Shown here one piece after another: positions 19,601 to 30,394 of a DNA stretch of 64,000 nucleotides (position 1 is the stretch's first letter; each line of letters opens with the position of its first letter). Origin of the DNA: a virus; IMG/VR virus record IMGVR_UViG_3300025120_000017, positions 64,001 to 128,000 of that record. One strand, given 5' to 3'. A program made the position numbers and the translations under genes. The notes beneath the pieces are model-generated. The model saw only the letters and a program-made list of their open reading frames with translations. It ran no database searches and had not been told where the DNA came from.

Positions 19601-20041
19601 TAAAGTACCATTAGGAACAACAGAACCAGTGGTTGATGATGGATTAGAAAGTATTATTGAAATAGAGCCATCACCAGCAGGGCCAGCAGGGCCAGCAGGT
19701 CCTTTTATGTTAAGTCCGCTATTTACCCAAGGAGCACTAGGTCCAGCAGATCCTGCTAAATAGTATTGTATATCACCATCAGCTTTTAAACGAAAATCAT
19801 TATTTTTAAAAGATCCGTCAGTTGGTACATTTATTGTGCCTGTTGTTGTAGAATCAGCACCAAACCATTCAGATCCTCTAATACCTCTACTACCTGCAGG
19901 TCCACCTGGTCCGTCTGGGCCAGCAGGGCCTTGTGGCCCGCCTCCTGCTGCTATAAGTTGGTCAAAGTTATAGTTAACCTTTTCAACTAATTCTAAGATG
20001 TCATTAGAACCATATAATTCTTTAATTATGATTGAACTCAT
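16616..20041 (-). CDS. Tail fibre with short collagen repeats and tail-collar-like motifs
   Basis: N-terminal KVNYNFDQL anchor; GPQGPAGPDG; collar motifs PTGSIIM, GYYVCNG, LPNYFGRF, ENLPFHTH, YFII. Confidence 0.65.
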   Translation of the reverse strand: MSSIIIKELYGSNDILELVEKVNYNFDQLIAAGGGPQGPAGPDGPGGPAGSRGIRGSEWFGADSTTTGTINVPTDGSFKNNDFRLKADGDIQYYLAGSAGPSAPWVNSGLNIKGPAGPAGPAGDGSISIILSNPSSTTGSVVPNGTLGGSYKTLNDHLINAASINDEDDSAGTSGYIDKGLDFAALGLGNNSLVLARYLSMFKDNGTFEPHFSNFPTEESDVPMLIIGQNDYKDPFPTLATNGKDPNSEYTNGIAIGLNKTHPDYDALYKGVSNYGVYDSFTKLAVLNRNFDFGITSVGSINLRSTGANTFRLSAGYSRAEIKTISKITDWSNFFNTDTYTEYNIKDSFAIIGSDNPADTYFSSTTSQFITRYGGISLSSTVAKTKAASYIDNINSTVIGRNANSSFDKNANELIIVNDVVEEEAANTWSTQGTYKKRRQILSKTYDYRNANNYRDTQLRIGQTRIEARKGNQTSTSNVFYLGQGYDTPIMGYSAMNFRIPSGSNPMAYGSTASAYNFLPEDGLDFNSLGYNIADGFVGKDKSLTRLGIFPGFFNQQKDAAGNIDPSDVNKDKNIELYLDEGHKKMPTGSLDLYGTVRIREYGLAENKEGYVAVNGGHGIVKWESPQKVGLPTGSIIMVGEIKMSSFNFFTRTRGLYGQTASGTGNEIGRYSWNQGSEPNGAGGTATYNQWSMAFPGKGSGEFKGYYVCNGAVLADTRDVYLRGAFSTIEGIHGYGSDKPLPGLQDNPAFDYNALNSTYLVRATTGNTFNITTPVGLKNAIKNSVTSINDLYGNDGLSMLAPRGFDSKFRVVLPNYFGRFPKQIFPNSDTIALNTRITYNDGTGVPTPDNYRLNNSGEYIINAYRPLKSGFVKGGFPYLRNENLPFHTHFDGLHQTVQYASGSSSINVIRPLGDVPQIPSGVIAIRRTTGGVTKNERNVYNDRKLERASDEPNAYYMTYDWETYDNSNWKNDTIVSQFRQRTQKFYDPVYKGTYFIINLNGLKNPNRGNTVINDFDFITGVPFSGFKNFDTPGGVNADLSWYANASTVLDGSTDFGNIISAKGRGGQQLHIYETSTGVEKFITPQLGQEAFAEFEVTYRNEGTMHPNTLYRTIDPYTSSNSGETNLEDIYANVYTEPIPLV

Positions 20042-20043
20042 AG

Positions 20044-23000
20044 TTAATTAGATTTTATTTTAATTACAAAGGCTAATGTTACATCTTTATCACTAGGTAA
20101 TGAATATTCAAAAGTTTTATCATAATCATTTTCCTTAATCCCACTGATAATAACATCATTTAGTTTAGTAAAGCCATTCTGTAACAATTCTTGTACGTTA
20201 TATTTATCTTCGATGTAAATGATACTTTCACCAATAGGAGTAAATTTACCATAAACCTCTACATTAACTACTTCATATCTTGGCAATATATTAGTTAGTA
20301 CATACCTGCCTACATCATCATCTAAAGTATTAAGATCATCAAAATTAAATCGTGTATTAACATATGTGTTAAAGAGTGAAGAAAGACTAGGTGATATTTG
20401 ATTTATCAACTTATCTTTAGTTCGTAATTTACCTTTTATTTTATACACTTTATTTATGTCATTATTTGTTCTAAAAAGAGTGTATAATATTTCTTTATCA
20501 GGAAGCAACCCTGTGCCTGTACTTGTTATATCAGATGATGTAAACTTTTCTAATGATATATTATCAGGTATGTTCATTATTGCTGATCCTAGCATACTAG
20601 GAACATCCTTAGGTTCAACATATCCAGGTAATGATACAAATGTTTTTTTATCTACATATTTTCTATAATAATTATGATCCCAATCACTTCTAAAAATATA
20701 ACTATCTAACTTATCAATAGCAATTTCAGAAATGCTCCACCATTGTGGCTTTAATTGACTTTCACTAGATAATTCTAATACAGTAAGAGGGTTATCAGGG
20801 TTTACTTTATTTATGTACTGTTGTTTATATAGAGCAAATTCTGGATAATTAGAAAAGAATTGAACGTTTTTAAACAATAACTGATCTCTAATTTCTTTAT
20901 TAAATTTAGTTCCATGATTATCATTAAAGAAAACTATGTCATTAACTTTAGGAGAGAAGTTACCTTTAACTCTACTTATAGGTGTTAAGTATGTGTTATT
21001 AAGATTTGTAATTACTGATCCTACTGGCTTATAATCATTATCACTCACGGCATTAGTAATAAAAGGCTCAGATTTTAAATAATCGGCCTTTGCATTAATA
21101 TCACTATTAATAAACTCTATAGTAAACTCATCTTCTGATTTAACTACATTACCGCTAGCATCTTCATCAAAACTTATATATTCTATTGAAGGATTTCCAT
21201 TATTTACTTTGTTAAATATTTCACCAAAACTTAAATTTTGAATAATACCAGTAAATGCATTAAACCCGCCATCTCTATATATTGGAGTTTCTTTAACACT
21301 ATTAGCAAAATTTGGATATATGTTTAGATATGAGTTATTAAAAGCTGCATAAGTAAGCCCAGTAGTACTAAACTCAAATATACTTGCTTTAATACTATCA
21401 GAACTAACCTCTTGGATTCCATCAATTTTTATTATTCCTTTTATTGTGGTTATTTCTATTTTATTATATCGTCCACTTTCATCAGGTAATATCTGTGTCC
21501 TAAAATCTGGTAAGCTATTATCTGTGCTATTTTGAAATCCTTTTATGATAAATGAACCATCTAGTGCTATGTCCCATGTTTTATTATCAGCTGCATCATA
21601 TGGAGCAAATGCACCAAGTAATAATATATCAGAAATTACATTATCAGCACTATATTTATCTTTAATTACATATAAACTACTTCTATCTAAATATCTTTGA
21701 TTGTTTTCATCAAGGGTTAAGTAAAAATCATCAAGGTTTGCTTCTATATAAAATGTTATAGTTTTATATTTTTTATTTTCTATTATTTTATATGATAATG
21801 GACTTGTAGTATCATTTGTAAGTACTGCTGCAAATTTATATCCATTAAAATAATTACTTGGATAAGTAACAATATTCTTAATATTGAAGTTTAACGGAGT
21901 TTCATATTCATTTCTACGCTTTATGATTAATTTAGCTCCCCTAAACATTACGCTAGAATATGATACATCATTTCCACCAGAAAAAATACTATACTTTATT
22001 CTTCTAGGAATGTCAACAGTTGCACTTACTCTCTCTTGAATAAAATAATTTGAAAATTTATCAGATGTCATATCTATAATGTCAGCTTGTGATATAAAAT
22101 CTTCAAAGTATGAAAAAGTATCAATCCTTTCAATATCAGTTAAATATGGAGGAAATTTTTGTAGGTAATACCATTCATGAGTAAAGTATCTTGTATCTGC
22201 TGTTTTATAAAACCTACTAGGTGAAAATGAAGTAAAGCCAAATGCAGTAGATGTATTAAGCCTATAGCCATTTTCTCTAACATCTTTTCCATCATCATCA
22301 AATACCCATTTATTAATAAACGGTATAATTCTACCCGGTGTTGCTAATGTAGGTAATTCATTTTCAGATAGCCTATTATACTCATTATCTATTTTAGGAG
22401 ATTCATTTGTTGTTTCATTAATGATCCCAACAAGACTAGCAAATCCACTATCAGAAAAAGAATTCATAGCCGATGATATGTTTATAGGTGTAGTAACACC
22501 TATATTGTTTGTGATGTAATTTATTTGCTTTTCTATATACCCATCACCATCTTTTTTATAATCACTTCTAAACTGGTCAATATCAAACTGCTTTATAGGA
22601 TAGCATGATAATAAACCAACTTCATTAGGCTTATTATTATATATGTAAGCATAATTACCAGGTGATAAAAAAATTGATTCATCATCTTCTATATCAACTA
22701 TTACATATTTAAAAAAGTCTGTAAAATCTATAAGAGTTCTGCCGTCAAGTACATAATCATCAGTATATCTATACACTCCTTTAATTTTACTAAACCATGT
22801 GTTTGTTTTTAAGAATTTTGTATTATTAAAATATGAAAAGAATTCAGCATCAACTCTGATTCTACTTACTTTACTTGTTTTTCCTCCTATTAGTGTTGAT
22901 TCTAAAATCCATGAAGATGTTGGTGCATATGTAGTTGCTCCTATATCATCATATCCTTTAAAATGGGTAGATGCTGTTCTAAATGTACTATTATAATCTG

Positions 23001-24690
23001 AAACATTAATAAAGCTTAAGTCATTAAAATTAATAGTAATAGATGGCGCCGTAGGCTTATTTGAATATATAAGCCATTTATAAGTATTTGCAAAATCATT
23101 TTCAACTCTTGATGCAATGATTACTTTATTACCTATGTTAACTGCGCTTAATCCAAAATCATCATCATTGCTTGCATACTTATTTATAACGTCTGTTAAT
23201 GCCTTTGCACTATTTTCAGGCAATCCTGCAGAAGAAAATTTATTTGATATGAATGTACCTTGAGGTAAAGAACTATCCGCAATAAATGAACCTATTTTAG
23301 AAAAATCTGCATTATACTCATTAACTTTTTTAAGACGTACTTCAACATTATTTATGTTTCCTGTTATTGTTAATTCAACATACCCTTTTCCAGATGTGCT
23401 TACATTTTTTGCAGGTATGACACCTACAGATTCATCTGTGTATCCTTTAAAATCAATTAACTCTATTTCTTTATTTTTTAATACTATTTCATTAGTACTC
23501 CAGTCTGTATTGGTATTTACATTAAAATACTTATTAGTAGTTCCTTTAACATATGGAATATAATTACTGTTTTTTATATCAGCGGATAACAGGTCATAGT
23601 TTGTTAATCCATTTATGAATAGTTTAACCCCATTTTCATTCTTAAACGTAAAGTTCTTTTTATCATTAATGTTTATTTGATCATTAGTGAAAACATCTTT
23701 ATTTTGTTTAAAATTTTGTGGTTTTTTATTATAAAAATCTTTACCATTTAGATAAAATTTGCTAATAACTTCAGTATTAACAAAGAATCCGAAATATCTA
23801 GATACTTCATAATCATCTTTATTCTCATCATCAAATAAGAACTCGAAGTTTATCATATTAGCACATATGACAGAGTTTCGCTCAAATCCATTAGTTACAT
23901 TATTATCAAATTCTGTAATTGTTTTATCACTAGCATAAAAATTATCAAAAGATTCTTCAGGCTCCTCAGTAAACCCACTCTTTTTTAATGATATTCCATT
24001 ATATGTAGAGTATTCATTATTATTATATTTTATTGTAATAGGAGACTCTGGAAAATTATTATCTTGTAAATGATTTCTAAGGTATTTTCCAATGACAGTG
24101 TTTTCACTCATGTCATATACTTTATGAATTTCGCTATTTTTTAAAATAGTATTAAAAAAGTAATCTGATGTGTTTCCATTAAGGTAATCTGGATTATATA
24201 TCTGCTTTTCTATTACATCATTATATGATGTTATAATATCTCTAGTGTTAATAGAAACAGGGTCATTAAGTCTAAAAATAACAAAATTTTCAGGAATGTC
24301 ACTTCCTTCTAACCAAGATGGTGCAAAATATGCAAGTTGTTCAGGGTATTCTTTGGAAACTTTAGGGTATGCACCTTGTGTATACTGTGTATAATATTGT
24401 TGTGCATATGTATTTTTAACACTTAAGAAGTTTTCATTCTGTGCTAATTTATATACCAGTGATGCAGGTGTCTTGCCTTCATTAAATAATTGATAAACAT
24501 CTGAAGAGAATTTTCTCCTTTCATTAGTTTTAACTGCTTTATATCTATTTAAGCTAAGCTCTTTATCTGCGTCAATTGTCTCTAAATATATTTGACCTTT
24601 ACTATCAACTACAAGTTTTATATTACCTGTAAGCTTAGGGTTAGTTTTTATTAAAGAATAGCTATTTTTTCCTGTAAAAGGTGTGCTCAT
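20044..24690 (-). CDS. Very large hypothetical baseplate/tail structural protein (1548 aa)
   Basis: Long ORF behind a candidate late promoter, upstream of the fibre gene. Confidence 0.5.
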   Translation of the reverse strand: MSTPFTGKNSYSLIKTNPKLTGNIKLVVDSKGQIYLETIDADKELSLNRYKAVKTNERRKFSSDVYQLFNEGKTPASLVYKLAQNENFLSVKNTYAQQYYTQYTQGAYPKVSKEYPEQLAYFAPSWLEGSDIPENFVIFRLNDPVSINTRDIITSYNDVIEKQIYNPDYLNGNTSDYFFNTILKNSEIHKVYDMSENTVIGKYLRNHLQDNNFPESPITIKYNNNEYSTYNGISLKKSGFTEEPEESFDNFYASDKTITEFDNNVTNGFERNSVICANMINFEFLFDDENKDDYEVSRYFGFFVNTEVISKFYLNGKDFYNKKPQNFKQNKDVFTNDQININDKKNFTFKNENGVKLFINGLTNYDLLSADIKNSNYIPYVKGTTNKYFNVNTNTDWSTNEIVLKNKEIELIDFKGYTDESVGVIPAKNVSTSGKGYVELTITGNINNVEVRLKKVNEYNADFSKIGSFIADSSLPQGTFISNKFSSAGLPENSAKALTDVINKYASNDDDFGLSAVNIGNKVIIASRVENDFANTYKWLIYSNKPTAPSITINFNDLSFINVSDYNSTFRTASTHFKGYDDIGATTYAPTSSWILESTLIGGKTSKVSRIRVDAEFFSYFNNTKFLKTNTWFSKIKGVYRYTDDYVLDGRTLIDFTDFFKYVIVDIEDDESIFLSPGNYAYIYNNKPNEVGLLSCYPIKQFDIDQFRSDYKKDGDGYIEKQINYITNNIGVTTPINISSAMNSFSDSGFASLVGIINETTNESPKIDNEYNRLSENELPTLATPGRIIPFINKWVFDDDGKDVRENGYRLNTSTAFGFTSFSPSRFYKTADTRYFTHEWYYLQKFPPYLTDIERIDTFSYFEDFISQADIIDMTSDKFSNYFIQERVSATVDIPRRIKYSIFSGGNDVSYSSVMFRGAKLIIKRRNEYETPLNFNIKNIVTYPSNYFNGYKFAAVLTNDTTSPLSYKIIENKKYKTITFYIEANLDDFYLTLDENNQRYLDRSSLYVIKDKYSADNVISDILLLGAFAPYDAADNKTWDIALDGSFIIKGFQNSTDNSLPDFRTQILPDESGRYNKIEITTIKGIIKIDGIQEVSSDSIKASIFEFSTTGLTYAAFNNSYLNIYPNFANSVKETPIYRDGGFNAFTGIIQNLSFGEIFNKVNNGNPSIEYISFDEDASGNVVKSEDEFTIEFINSDINAKADYLKSEPFITNAVSDNDYKPVGSVITNLNNTYLTPISRVKGNFSPKVNDIVFFNDNHGTKFNKEIRDQLLFKNVQFFSNYPEFALYKQQYINKVNPDNPLTVLELSSESQLKPQWWSISEIAIDKLDSYIFRSDWDHNYYRKYVDKKTFVSLPGYVEPKDVPSMLGSAIMNIPDNISLEKFTSSDITSTGTGLLPDKEILYTLFRTNNDINKVYKIKGKLRTKDKLINQISPSLSSLFNTYVNTRFNFDDLNTLDDDVGRYVLTNILPRYEVVNVEVYGKFTPIGESIIYIEDKYNVQELLQNGFTKLNDVIISGIKENDYDKTFEYSLPSDKDVTLAFVIKIKSN

Positions 24691-24704
24691 CTACTTCTTA
24701 TTTC

Positions 24705-24718
24705 TTTTTATATTTAAT
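24705..24718 (-). promoter_or_regulatory. Candidate late promoter ATTAAATATAAAAA
   Basis: Exact copy of the 14-mer. Confidence 0.65.
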
Positions 24719-24764
24719 TAATATACCTAATAGAAATAATCAAGCGATATATAATATCATATTC

Positions 24765-27700
24765 TTAATCAGTAATATCAGTAGTTACATTTCCAGATAG
24801 TTTATTAAATGTATTTTGGTATGTAAGCGTTGGTATATCAGAAGAACTTACAGAGTTAGATTTGTATCTTGAATTTATTTCTAAATCAAACGAAAATATC
24901 TGCTCATCATAAAATACATCGAATCCTAATATCTTAGAAAATAATACTTGAGTAACTCCGGATGCTCCACCTACTCTACCTGTACCTCCTGTGCCTGGAC
25001 CAAAATAATCTGTCATTCTAAATTGATAAACAATTTGGATTGATATACCTTTTTCGGTACCTTTTTCTAAATTTAATTTACTAGGTGTATCATTACCATT
25101 AACCCTAACGTCTTTATATTCTTGTGGTACCATATACATATAGCAACCACATGATTTTGATCCTATTAAATACTTATCATCATCTTGAAAAGATAATTTA
25201 TTGGTATTTTTATTAATATCCATATATAAAGGAGATTGTTTATAAAATACAGTATCATCATTTTCCCTATCAAGCGGCGCATATTTAGATACTGTTGTAT
25301 TACTTCTAATAAATTCAGTGATATTAGGAGAAGATGTTGCTGATATACCTGCTTGTAATACAGGATGCTCTGCGTGTACATATACTGAATCATTTGTTAA
25401 TGTACTAGTTACTCCAGGTATGTCTCCGCTCCCTGGAGCAGTCACATTATCAGTTGTTGCTACTCCGCTCCATATAAAGTTTTCAGGAGTAGCAACATAA
25501 TTAGCAGTTGCTCCTGGAGTATTAGAAACAAGATATTCATTATATGAACCTACTGGAGAATTAACAACCCCGGTATCACCAACAAGTGCATTAGTTTCAT
25601 ATATTGCCTTAGTTCCTGTAACATCACTATTTCTAACATACACAAATTGACCATTTACTTGAGCAGATTGTGAAGGTAGCTTAACTGCTGTTCCGCCAGG
25701 TCCTAATGTATTTAAAGTATCTTCTTGAAGTGGATTACTTAACCCTATAGCAGGAGTTGAATATTTAAGATTTAATGTTCTTATTAACTTAGATCCACCT
25801 GATGCTGTGTATAATTCAATATCTGTAGCGGCAGCATTTTCAATTCTTAAGAAATAGTTCTTAGATACTATAACACCTTTAGGCTTATCAAGGTCGCTTA
25901 CAATATCTTTATAATTTCCAGCAAAAACAGAAACAAATTCATTTTGTTGAATAATTTTTTGGTTTCCTAAATCATCTTCAATTTTAATAACTAATACTCC
26001 TAAAGTCTTTTCAACTTGTGCCCTTAATGAATCAATTTCATTTTGCATTTCCTGTAGCTTGTCAAAAATAGAAATAACATTTCGTTCTGATGTTAAATAG
26101 CCACTTGCTAAATTAAAAGCTTGGTGAGCATAAAATGTATCATTTTGTGAAAATTGGTCTGCTATATGACCATCAATTCCTTTAGCAGTTAAGTCCTGTT
26201 GTAATTTAATATTAACTTTCTCATCTGATGCTTCTTTAACTATTGATAATATGTCTTTAGAAACTCCTAAGTCATCTGGGAAATCTATTCTTATAATGTC
26301 TGAATATTCTGATTCCAATGGATTACTAGGATATCCTGCCTCTGAAATAGACCTTATTCTAATTTCAACAGATTCATTAGGTTGAATTGAAATATCTAAT
26401 TGGTTAATGTTAACTGAATCGCCATCTTCTGTGTTTTGTGCAGCCCATGCATATGATCCTGATATTGCATCAAATACCCTATGCCTTAAAGGAGTTTTAG
26501 TGCTTATCCAATTTGAGTATACTCCATTAAGCTCAGTGCCATCATTAGAAGTTCTTTTAAATTCTTCTAAGTTATTTGCGGATCCTCCTTTTGTTAGGTA
26601 TCTATGCTCAACTAAAAATTGAATAACATCTTGTGTACTGCCATCTATTGCAGTTTTTTCTATAGGCAAATCAAAAAATCCTCTAATTCTATATTTAGCA
26701 GAAGCAGCTGATGTTGTTTTATCACTTGCTTTAGTAATGATGTCATTAACTGTTGTGTTATATAATGTTTCAGTACTAGCACGCTCGTCAATAAGATTTG
26801 CTAATTTATTTTTATCAGTCTGTCTATCTACATCAGTTTTATATGTTTTAGTACTAACCTCATTTCTAAGTTTTTTAACAGATTCATCTAATTGATTTAA
26901 TTGGCTTTTAAGTGAATTCTTTTCTTTATTAAGTGATTCAATTTCTTTATTACTCTGTACATCAGTTATATGTTTATTAATTTGAACTACTTGTAATTCA
27001 GTAGGATTTTCCGATGCAGAAAAAGATACTCTATTAGGTACCACGCCTTTGCTAGATGGTGGTATGTTCTCATTTGCTATGCTTAATAGAGTAGCGCCAA
27101 AATCAACAACGTTTTCTTGGTAATATGTTTCTAATGTCTTTATAATGCCGTTATCATTAATAGATAATTCACTTGAATAAAAACCAACGCCTGGTGTCCA
27201 ATTATCAGATGGTTGATTTGATAATGGGTCTATAGGTTTAATAAATTGTACTATATATTCATTAAACCCTACTCCTATTTGTACATCAGGAACTAATGGA
27301 GTTGTACTATAAAACTTAAGATTATCTGATCCTACTGTAACAGAGTCATAGCCTTCAACAAGAATCACAGAAACTGTATTTGTAGCGAAGTCAATATTAG
27401 TAATGGAGTATCTTGTGTTTTTTGAATTTTTATTAACTAATACAGAATCTCCTATTTTTAATTGTTGAGTTTCAAGTAAATTAGATGTCTTATCGTTATA
27501 TGTTAATTTATCTAATTGAAATTTAATATTTTTCTTAATTGCATTAACTCCATTAACTTCAACTGTTTCATTTTCTTCAAATGATCTAAGTACTGAAAAA
27601 TTTCCATAAAATCTAGATTCTTTTGGAGGTAGCTTAATAACATCTTCATCTAATGCATATTCTATTCCTGCACCTACTATAGTGTCAATAAAATCATTAT

Positions 27701-28238
27701 AATCAATGTTAGAATTTCCTTTAAAGCTTTGATTAAAAAGAGATAGCTTACTATCATCATTAAGATTTAATATAAACCTATGTGATTTAGCTTCTCTAGT
27801 ATCAGGATTTATTTCTTTTCCAAAATTATATGTAACATATAAGTAAGGATTTAAAAAAGATTCAAAAAACCAGTTATTTTTATTTTGAAAGCTAGTAGGT
27901 ACTTTAATATTTTTTATATCACTAGCAGCTTTCATTAAGCTTGTTGTTGCAACTGTTCTAAATGTACCGTCTTGTAATCTAATTGATGCATCACTACCTG
28001 ATAGCCCAGTAAGCTGTTTAATGTTTTCATCTATTCGCTGAACATCTTTCTTTAATGATCCAAGTGAAGGGATTGATACTGTTTTTATCGAATTATTAGA
28101 AATATCTTCAATTTTTAACTCTACTGTATCAGCTTCACTATTAATAACATCAGATAACTTTGAAAGTATGTCTGAATTATTTCTCTGTAGCTTAATAAGA
28201 TTATCAATTACGGATGCTAATGTATTTTTGCTCTCCAT
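24765..28238 (-). CDS. Large structural protein with coiled coils and an FN3-like segment
   Basis: Heptad regions (EIESLNKEKNSLKSQLNQL); IQPNESVEIRIRSISEAG...SEYS is FN3-like. Confidence 0.5.
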   Translation of the reverse strand: MESKNTLASVIDNLIKLQRNNSDILSKLSDVINSEADTVELKIEDISNNSIKTVSIPSLGSLKKDVQRIDENIKQLTGLSGSDASIRLQDGTFRTVATTSLMKAASDIKNIKVPTSFQNKNNWFFESFLNPYLYVTYNFGKEINPDTREAKSHRFILNLNDDSKLSLFNQSFKGNSNIDYNDFIDTIVGAGIEYALDEDVIKLPPKESRFYGNFSVLRSFEENETVEVNGVNAIKKNIKFQLDKLTYNDKTSNLLETQQLKIGDSVLVNKNSKNTRYSITNIDFATNTVSVILVEGYDSVTVGSDNLKFYSTTPLVPDVQIGVGFNEYIVQFIKPIDPLSNQPSDNWTPGVGFYSSELSINDNGIIKTLETYYQENVVDFGATLLSIANENIPPSSKGVVPNRVSFSASENPTELQVVQINKHITDVQSNKEIESLNKEKNSLKSQLNQLDESVKKLRNEVSTKTYKTDVDRQTDKNKLANLIDERASTETLYNTTVNDIITKASDKTTSAASAKYRIRGFFDLPIEKTAIDGSTQDVIQFLVEHRYLTKGGSANNLEEFKRTSNDGTELNGVYSNWISTKTPLRHRVFDAISGSYAWAAQNTEDGDSVNINQLDISIQPNESVEIRIRSISEAGYPSNPLESEYSDIIRIDFPDDLGVSKDILSIVKEASDEKVNIKLQQDLTAKGIDGHIADQFSQNDTFYAHQAFNLASGYLTSERNVISIFDKLQEMQNEIDSLRAQVEKTLGVLVIKIEDDLGNQKIIQQNEFVSVFAGNYKDIVSDLDKPKGVIVSKNYFLRIENAAATDIELYTASGGSKLIRTLNLKYSTPAIGLSNPLQEDTLNTLGPGGTAVKLPSQSAQVNGQFVYVRNSDVTGTKAIYETNALVGDTGVVNSPVGSYNEYLVSNTPGATANYVATPENFIWSGVATTDNVTAPGSGDIPGVTSTLTNDSVYVHAEHPVLQAGISATSSPNITEFIRSNTTVSKYAPLDRENDDTVFYKQSPLYMDINKNTNKLSFQDDDKYLIGSKSCGCYMYMVPQEYKDVRVNGNDTPSKLNLEKGTEKGISIQIVYQFRMTDYFGPGTGGTGRVGGASGVTQVLFSKILGFDVFYDEQIFSFDLEINSRYKSNSVSSSDIPTLTYQNTFNKLSGNVTTDITD

Positions 28239-28251
28239 TTATTTAGTCTTT

Positions 28252-30327
28252 TTATTTTATTACATCTATTTCAAATATATACTTGGTTGCATCTACACAT
28301 ATAATCTCAATTATAGGTTTAGCATTAATTAAATCAGCTAATGTTAATTTTCCTACTAGCCAATTCCAAGAACCTTGATTAAAAATATTATTACCATCTG
28401 TGTAAAATATTATTTCTGATAATGAATCTATCGTAAGTGTATTTTCAAATGATATTTTATAACTTTGTCCTGTTTGCCACTTATTTACTCTATCATCAAT
28501 ATTAATTTTTATATCATTTGATACAGTAGAATCTGCGGTTTTATTTTTAAAATAATTACTAAATGTACCAAGAAATATAATATTATTTCTAGTTTTATAA
28601 TTAACATCTGCTGTGTTTGTTATACCATTCCCGCTTACATAACTAAAGCTTCCTGTATCTGTATAGCAAATTCCTATATTATTATATGATTGTACATCAT
28701 TTAGAAAAGTTAATCTATTAGGAGTTGATTTATCAATTTTAATACCATTTCCTTGATAAAACGTGTCAAGATTGTAAGTGAGAGTTTCTGTTAATTCCCC
28801 TGCCGCAAGAGAATTGATTCTCTTACTATTATTATTAATAAGATCTATTAAAGTGCTTGGGCTTTCTAATGCAATCTGTGCATTGGAAACCTGTTCACTT
28901 AAAGCACTTATGCTATTTTTTAATTCATCTATGGTTGATTGACCATAGTAAAACTTTTCTAAATTATCTACTTGAGATGATAGTGTTTGTACTTTTATAT
29001 TTAGCGTTTGAAATGTTTCTAATGTATTTTGAAGACCTATCATTGCATCAGAATATAAATCCATAGAAAATGTATTATACTCATTTATTACCTTTTCTAT
29101 TCCAACATTATCTGCGCTTGTGTCAAATTTTACATTAAGTTTAAGACCATATGAATTACCGTTTAATTTAGTAATAGGATTAGGTTTAAATTTGCTAAAT
29201 GTTTTAATAGTTGAACCATCAGCAATAGTTTCTTTAAAATCATCAATAAATAAAACACCATAAAGGTTTCTTACAGTATCACTTGGGTTAGATACGTCAT
29301 ATATATCATAATAAACAAGAACTACATTAAACTTAAAATCTTGAGCTAACGCAGTTGCATTAAATTCACTAAGTAATTGAACATTTGGATCATCAGCAAC
29401 TTTTTTATAATCAGCAGCATCCCAGTCAATGATAGCACCATCCATATTAGATACCGTCATGTTATATGTGCTAGAACCTGCAATATCAGTAGATGCTTGA
29501 ATTACTTTATTGGTTACATTACCAAATGTATTATTAGTTGAATATGTATTAGTAGTATTATTATCAAAATATGCAGTTACTGACATAGATGGGTCAACAT
29601 GAGATGTTCTACCTTCAATATTATTACCATTAGTTCCTGTCCATGATACTGCTGGTGAATAATTACTATCATTTCTTAAACCAAATAAAACATCTGCAGT
29701 ATTTCCATGTGTTGTTGGTATATGTAAGTAAACTTCTGTATATGCTTGACCGCCTTTCTTTACATTATTAACAACATCAATATCACCTAAATACTTTACA
29801 ACTCTATTATAAATATTAAGACTTGTGTTATCGGTGTTTTCAGTTTCTTCTTCATATAGGTTAGAAGATGCTGCTACTGTACTTCTAGCTGTTTGGAATC
29901 GCATTGATCCTAAATTAGTCATCCATTTCCAAAATATTCTTTCAGAGACGGTTGATTTAAGGCTATCATCGTATACCCCGCCCCCAGAGTTTGTAGAGTT
30001 AAGAATTAATGTTTCCCAGTTAAGAACATAGTTTTCAAAACTATTAGCCATATATACATTACTCTTTTGTACACCATTTATCATATCCGTGATAACTGTT
30101 GGATCTGGAGTTCCTGTATTATCATCATTCCCAATTGCTTGAAATGATGGTGCATTATTACTATTTGTAGGCTGCTTAAATGTAGGAACATCAAGACATG
30201 CAAATTTAGAAAATGTAAATCTAAAGTTATCGTCACTAAATGTTTTTGATATATCTAAAGCAGCAGAAGGAAATACATAAAATGTTCCTCCTTGGGTACT
30301 TATAGGTTTTATAAGAGGTGTTGCCAT
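28252..30327 (-). CDS. Hypothetical structural protein with coiled coil
   Basis: 691 aa; behind a candidate late promoter. Confidence 0.5.
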   Translation of the reverse strand: MATPLIKPISTQGGTFYVFPSAALDISKTFSDDNFRFTFSKFACLDVPTFKQPTNSNNAPSFQAIGNDDNTGTPDPTVITDMINGVQKSNVYMANSFENYVLNWETLILNSTNSGGGVYDDSLKSTVSERIFWKWMTNLGSMRFQTARSTVAASSNLYEEETENTDNTSLNIYNRVVKYLGDIDVVNNVKKGGQAYTEVYLHIPTTHGNTADVLFGLRNDSNYSPAVSWTGTNGNNIEGRTSHVDPSMSVTAYFDNNTTNTYSTNNTFGNVTNKVIQASTDIAGSSTYNMTVSNMDGAIIDWDAADYKKVADDPNVQLLSEFNATALAQDFKFNVVLVYYDIYDVSNPSDTVRNLYGVLFIDDFKETIADGSTIKTFSKFKPNPITKLNGNSYGLKLNVKFDTSADNVGIEKVINEYNTFSMDLYSDAMIGLQNTLETFQTLNIKVQTLSSQVDNLEKFYYGQSTIDELKNSISALSEQVSNAQIALESPSTLIDLINNNSKRINSLAAGELTETLTYNLDTFYQGNGIKIDKSTPNRLTFLNDVQSYNNIGICYTDTGSFSYVSGNGITNTADVNYKTRNNIIFLGTFSNYFKNKTADSTVSNDIKINIDDRVNKWQTGQSYKISFENTLTIDSLSEIIFYTDGNNIFNQGSWNWLVGKLTLADLINAKPIIEIICVDATKYIFEIDVIK

Positions 30328-30342
30328 ATTTGACTAATTTTC

Positions 30343-30356
30343 TTTTTATATTTAAT
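30343..30356 (-). promoter_or_regulatory. Candidate late promoter ATTAAATATAAAAA
   Basis: Exact copy of the 14-mer. Confidence 0.65.
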
Positions 30357-30367
30357 TAAACATAAAA

Positions 30368-30394
30368 CAAGAAAACCGAGGCAAGAAGCCTCGG
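30368..30394 (-). terminator. Probable intrinsic terminator
   Basis: CCGAGGC/GCCTCGG stem, 5-nt loop, followed on the minus strand by TTTTCTTG. Confidence 0.7.
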
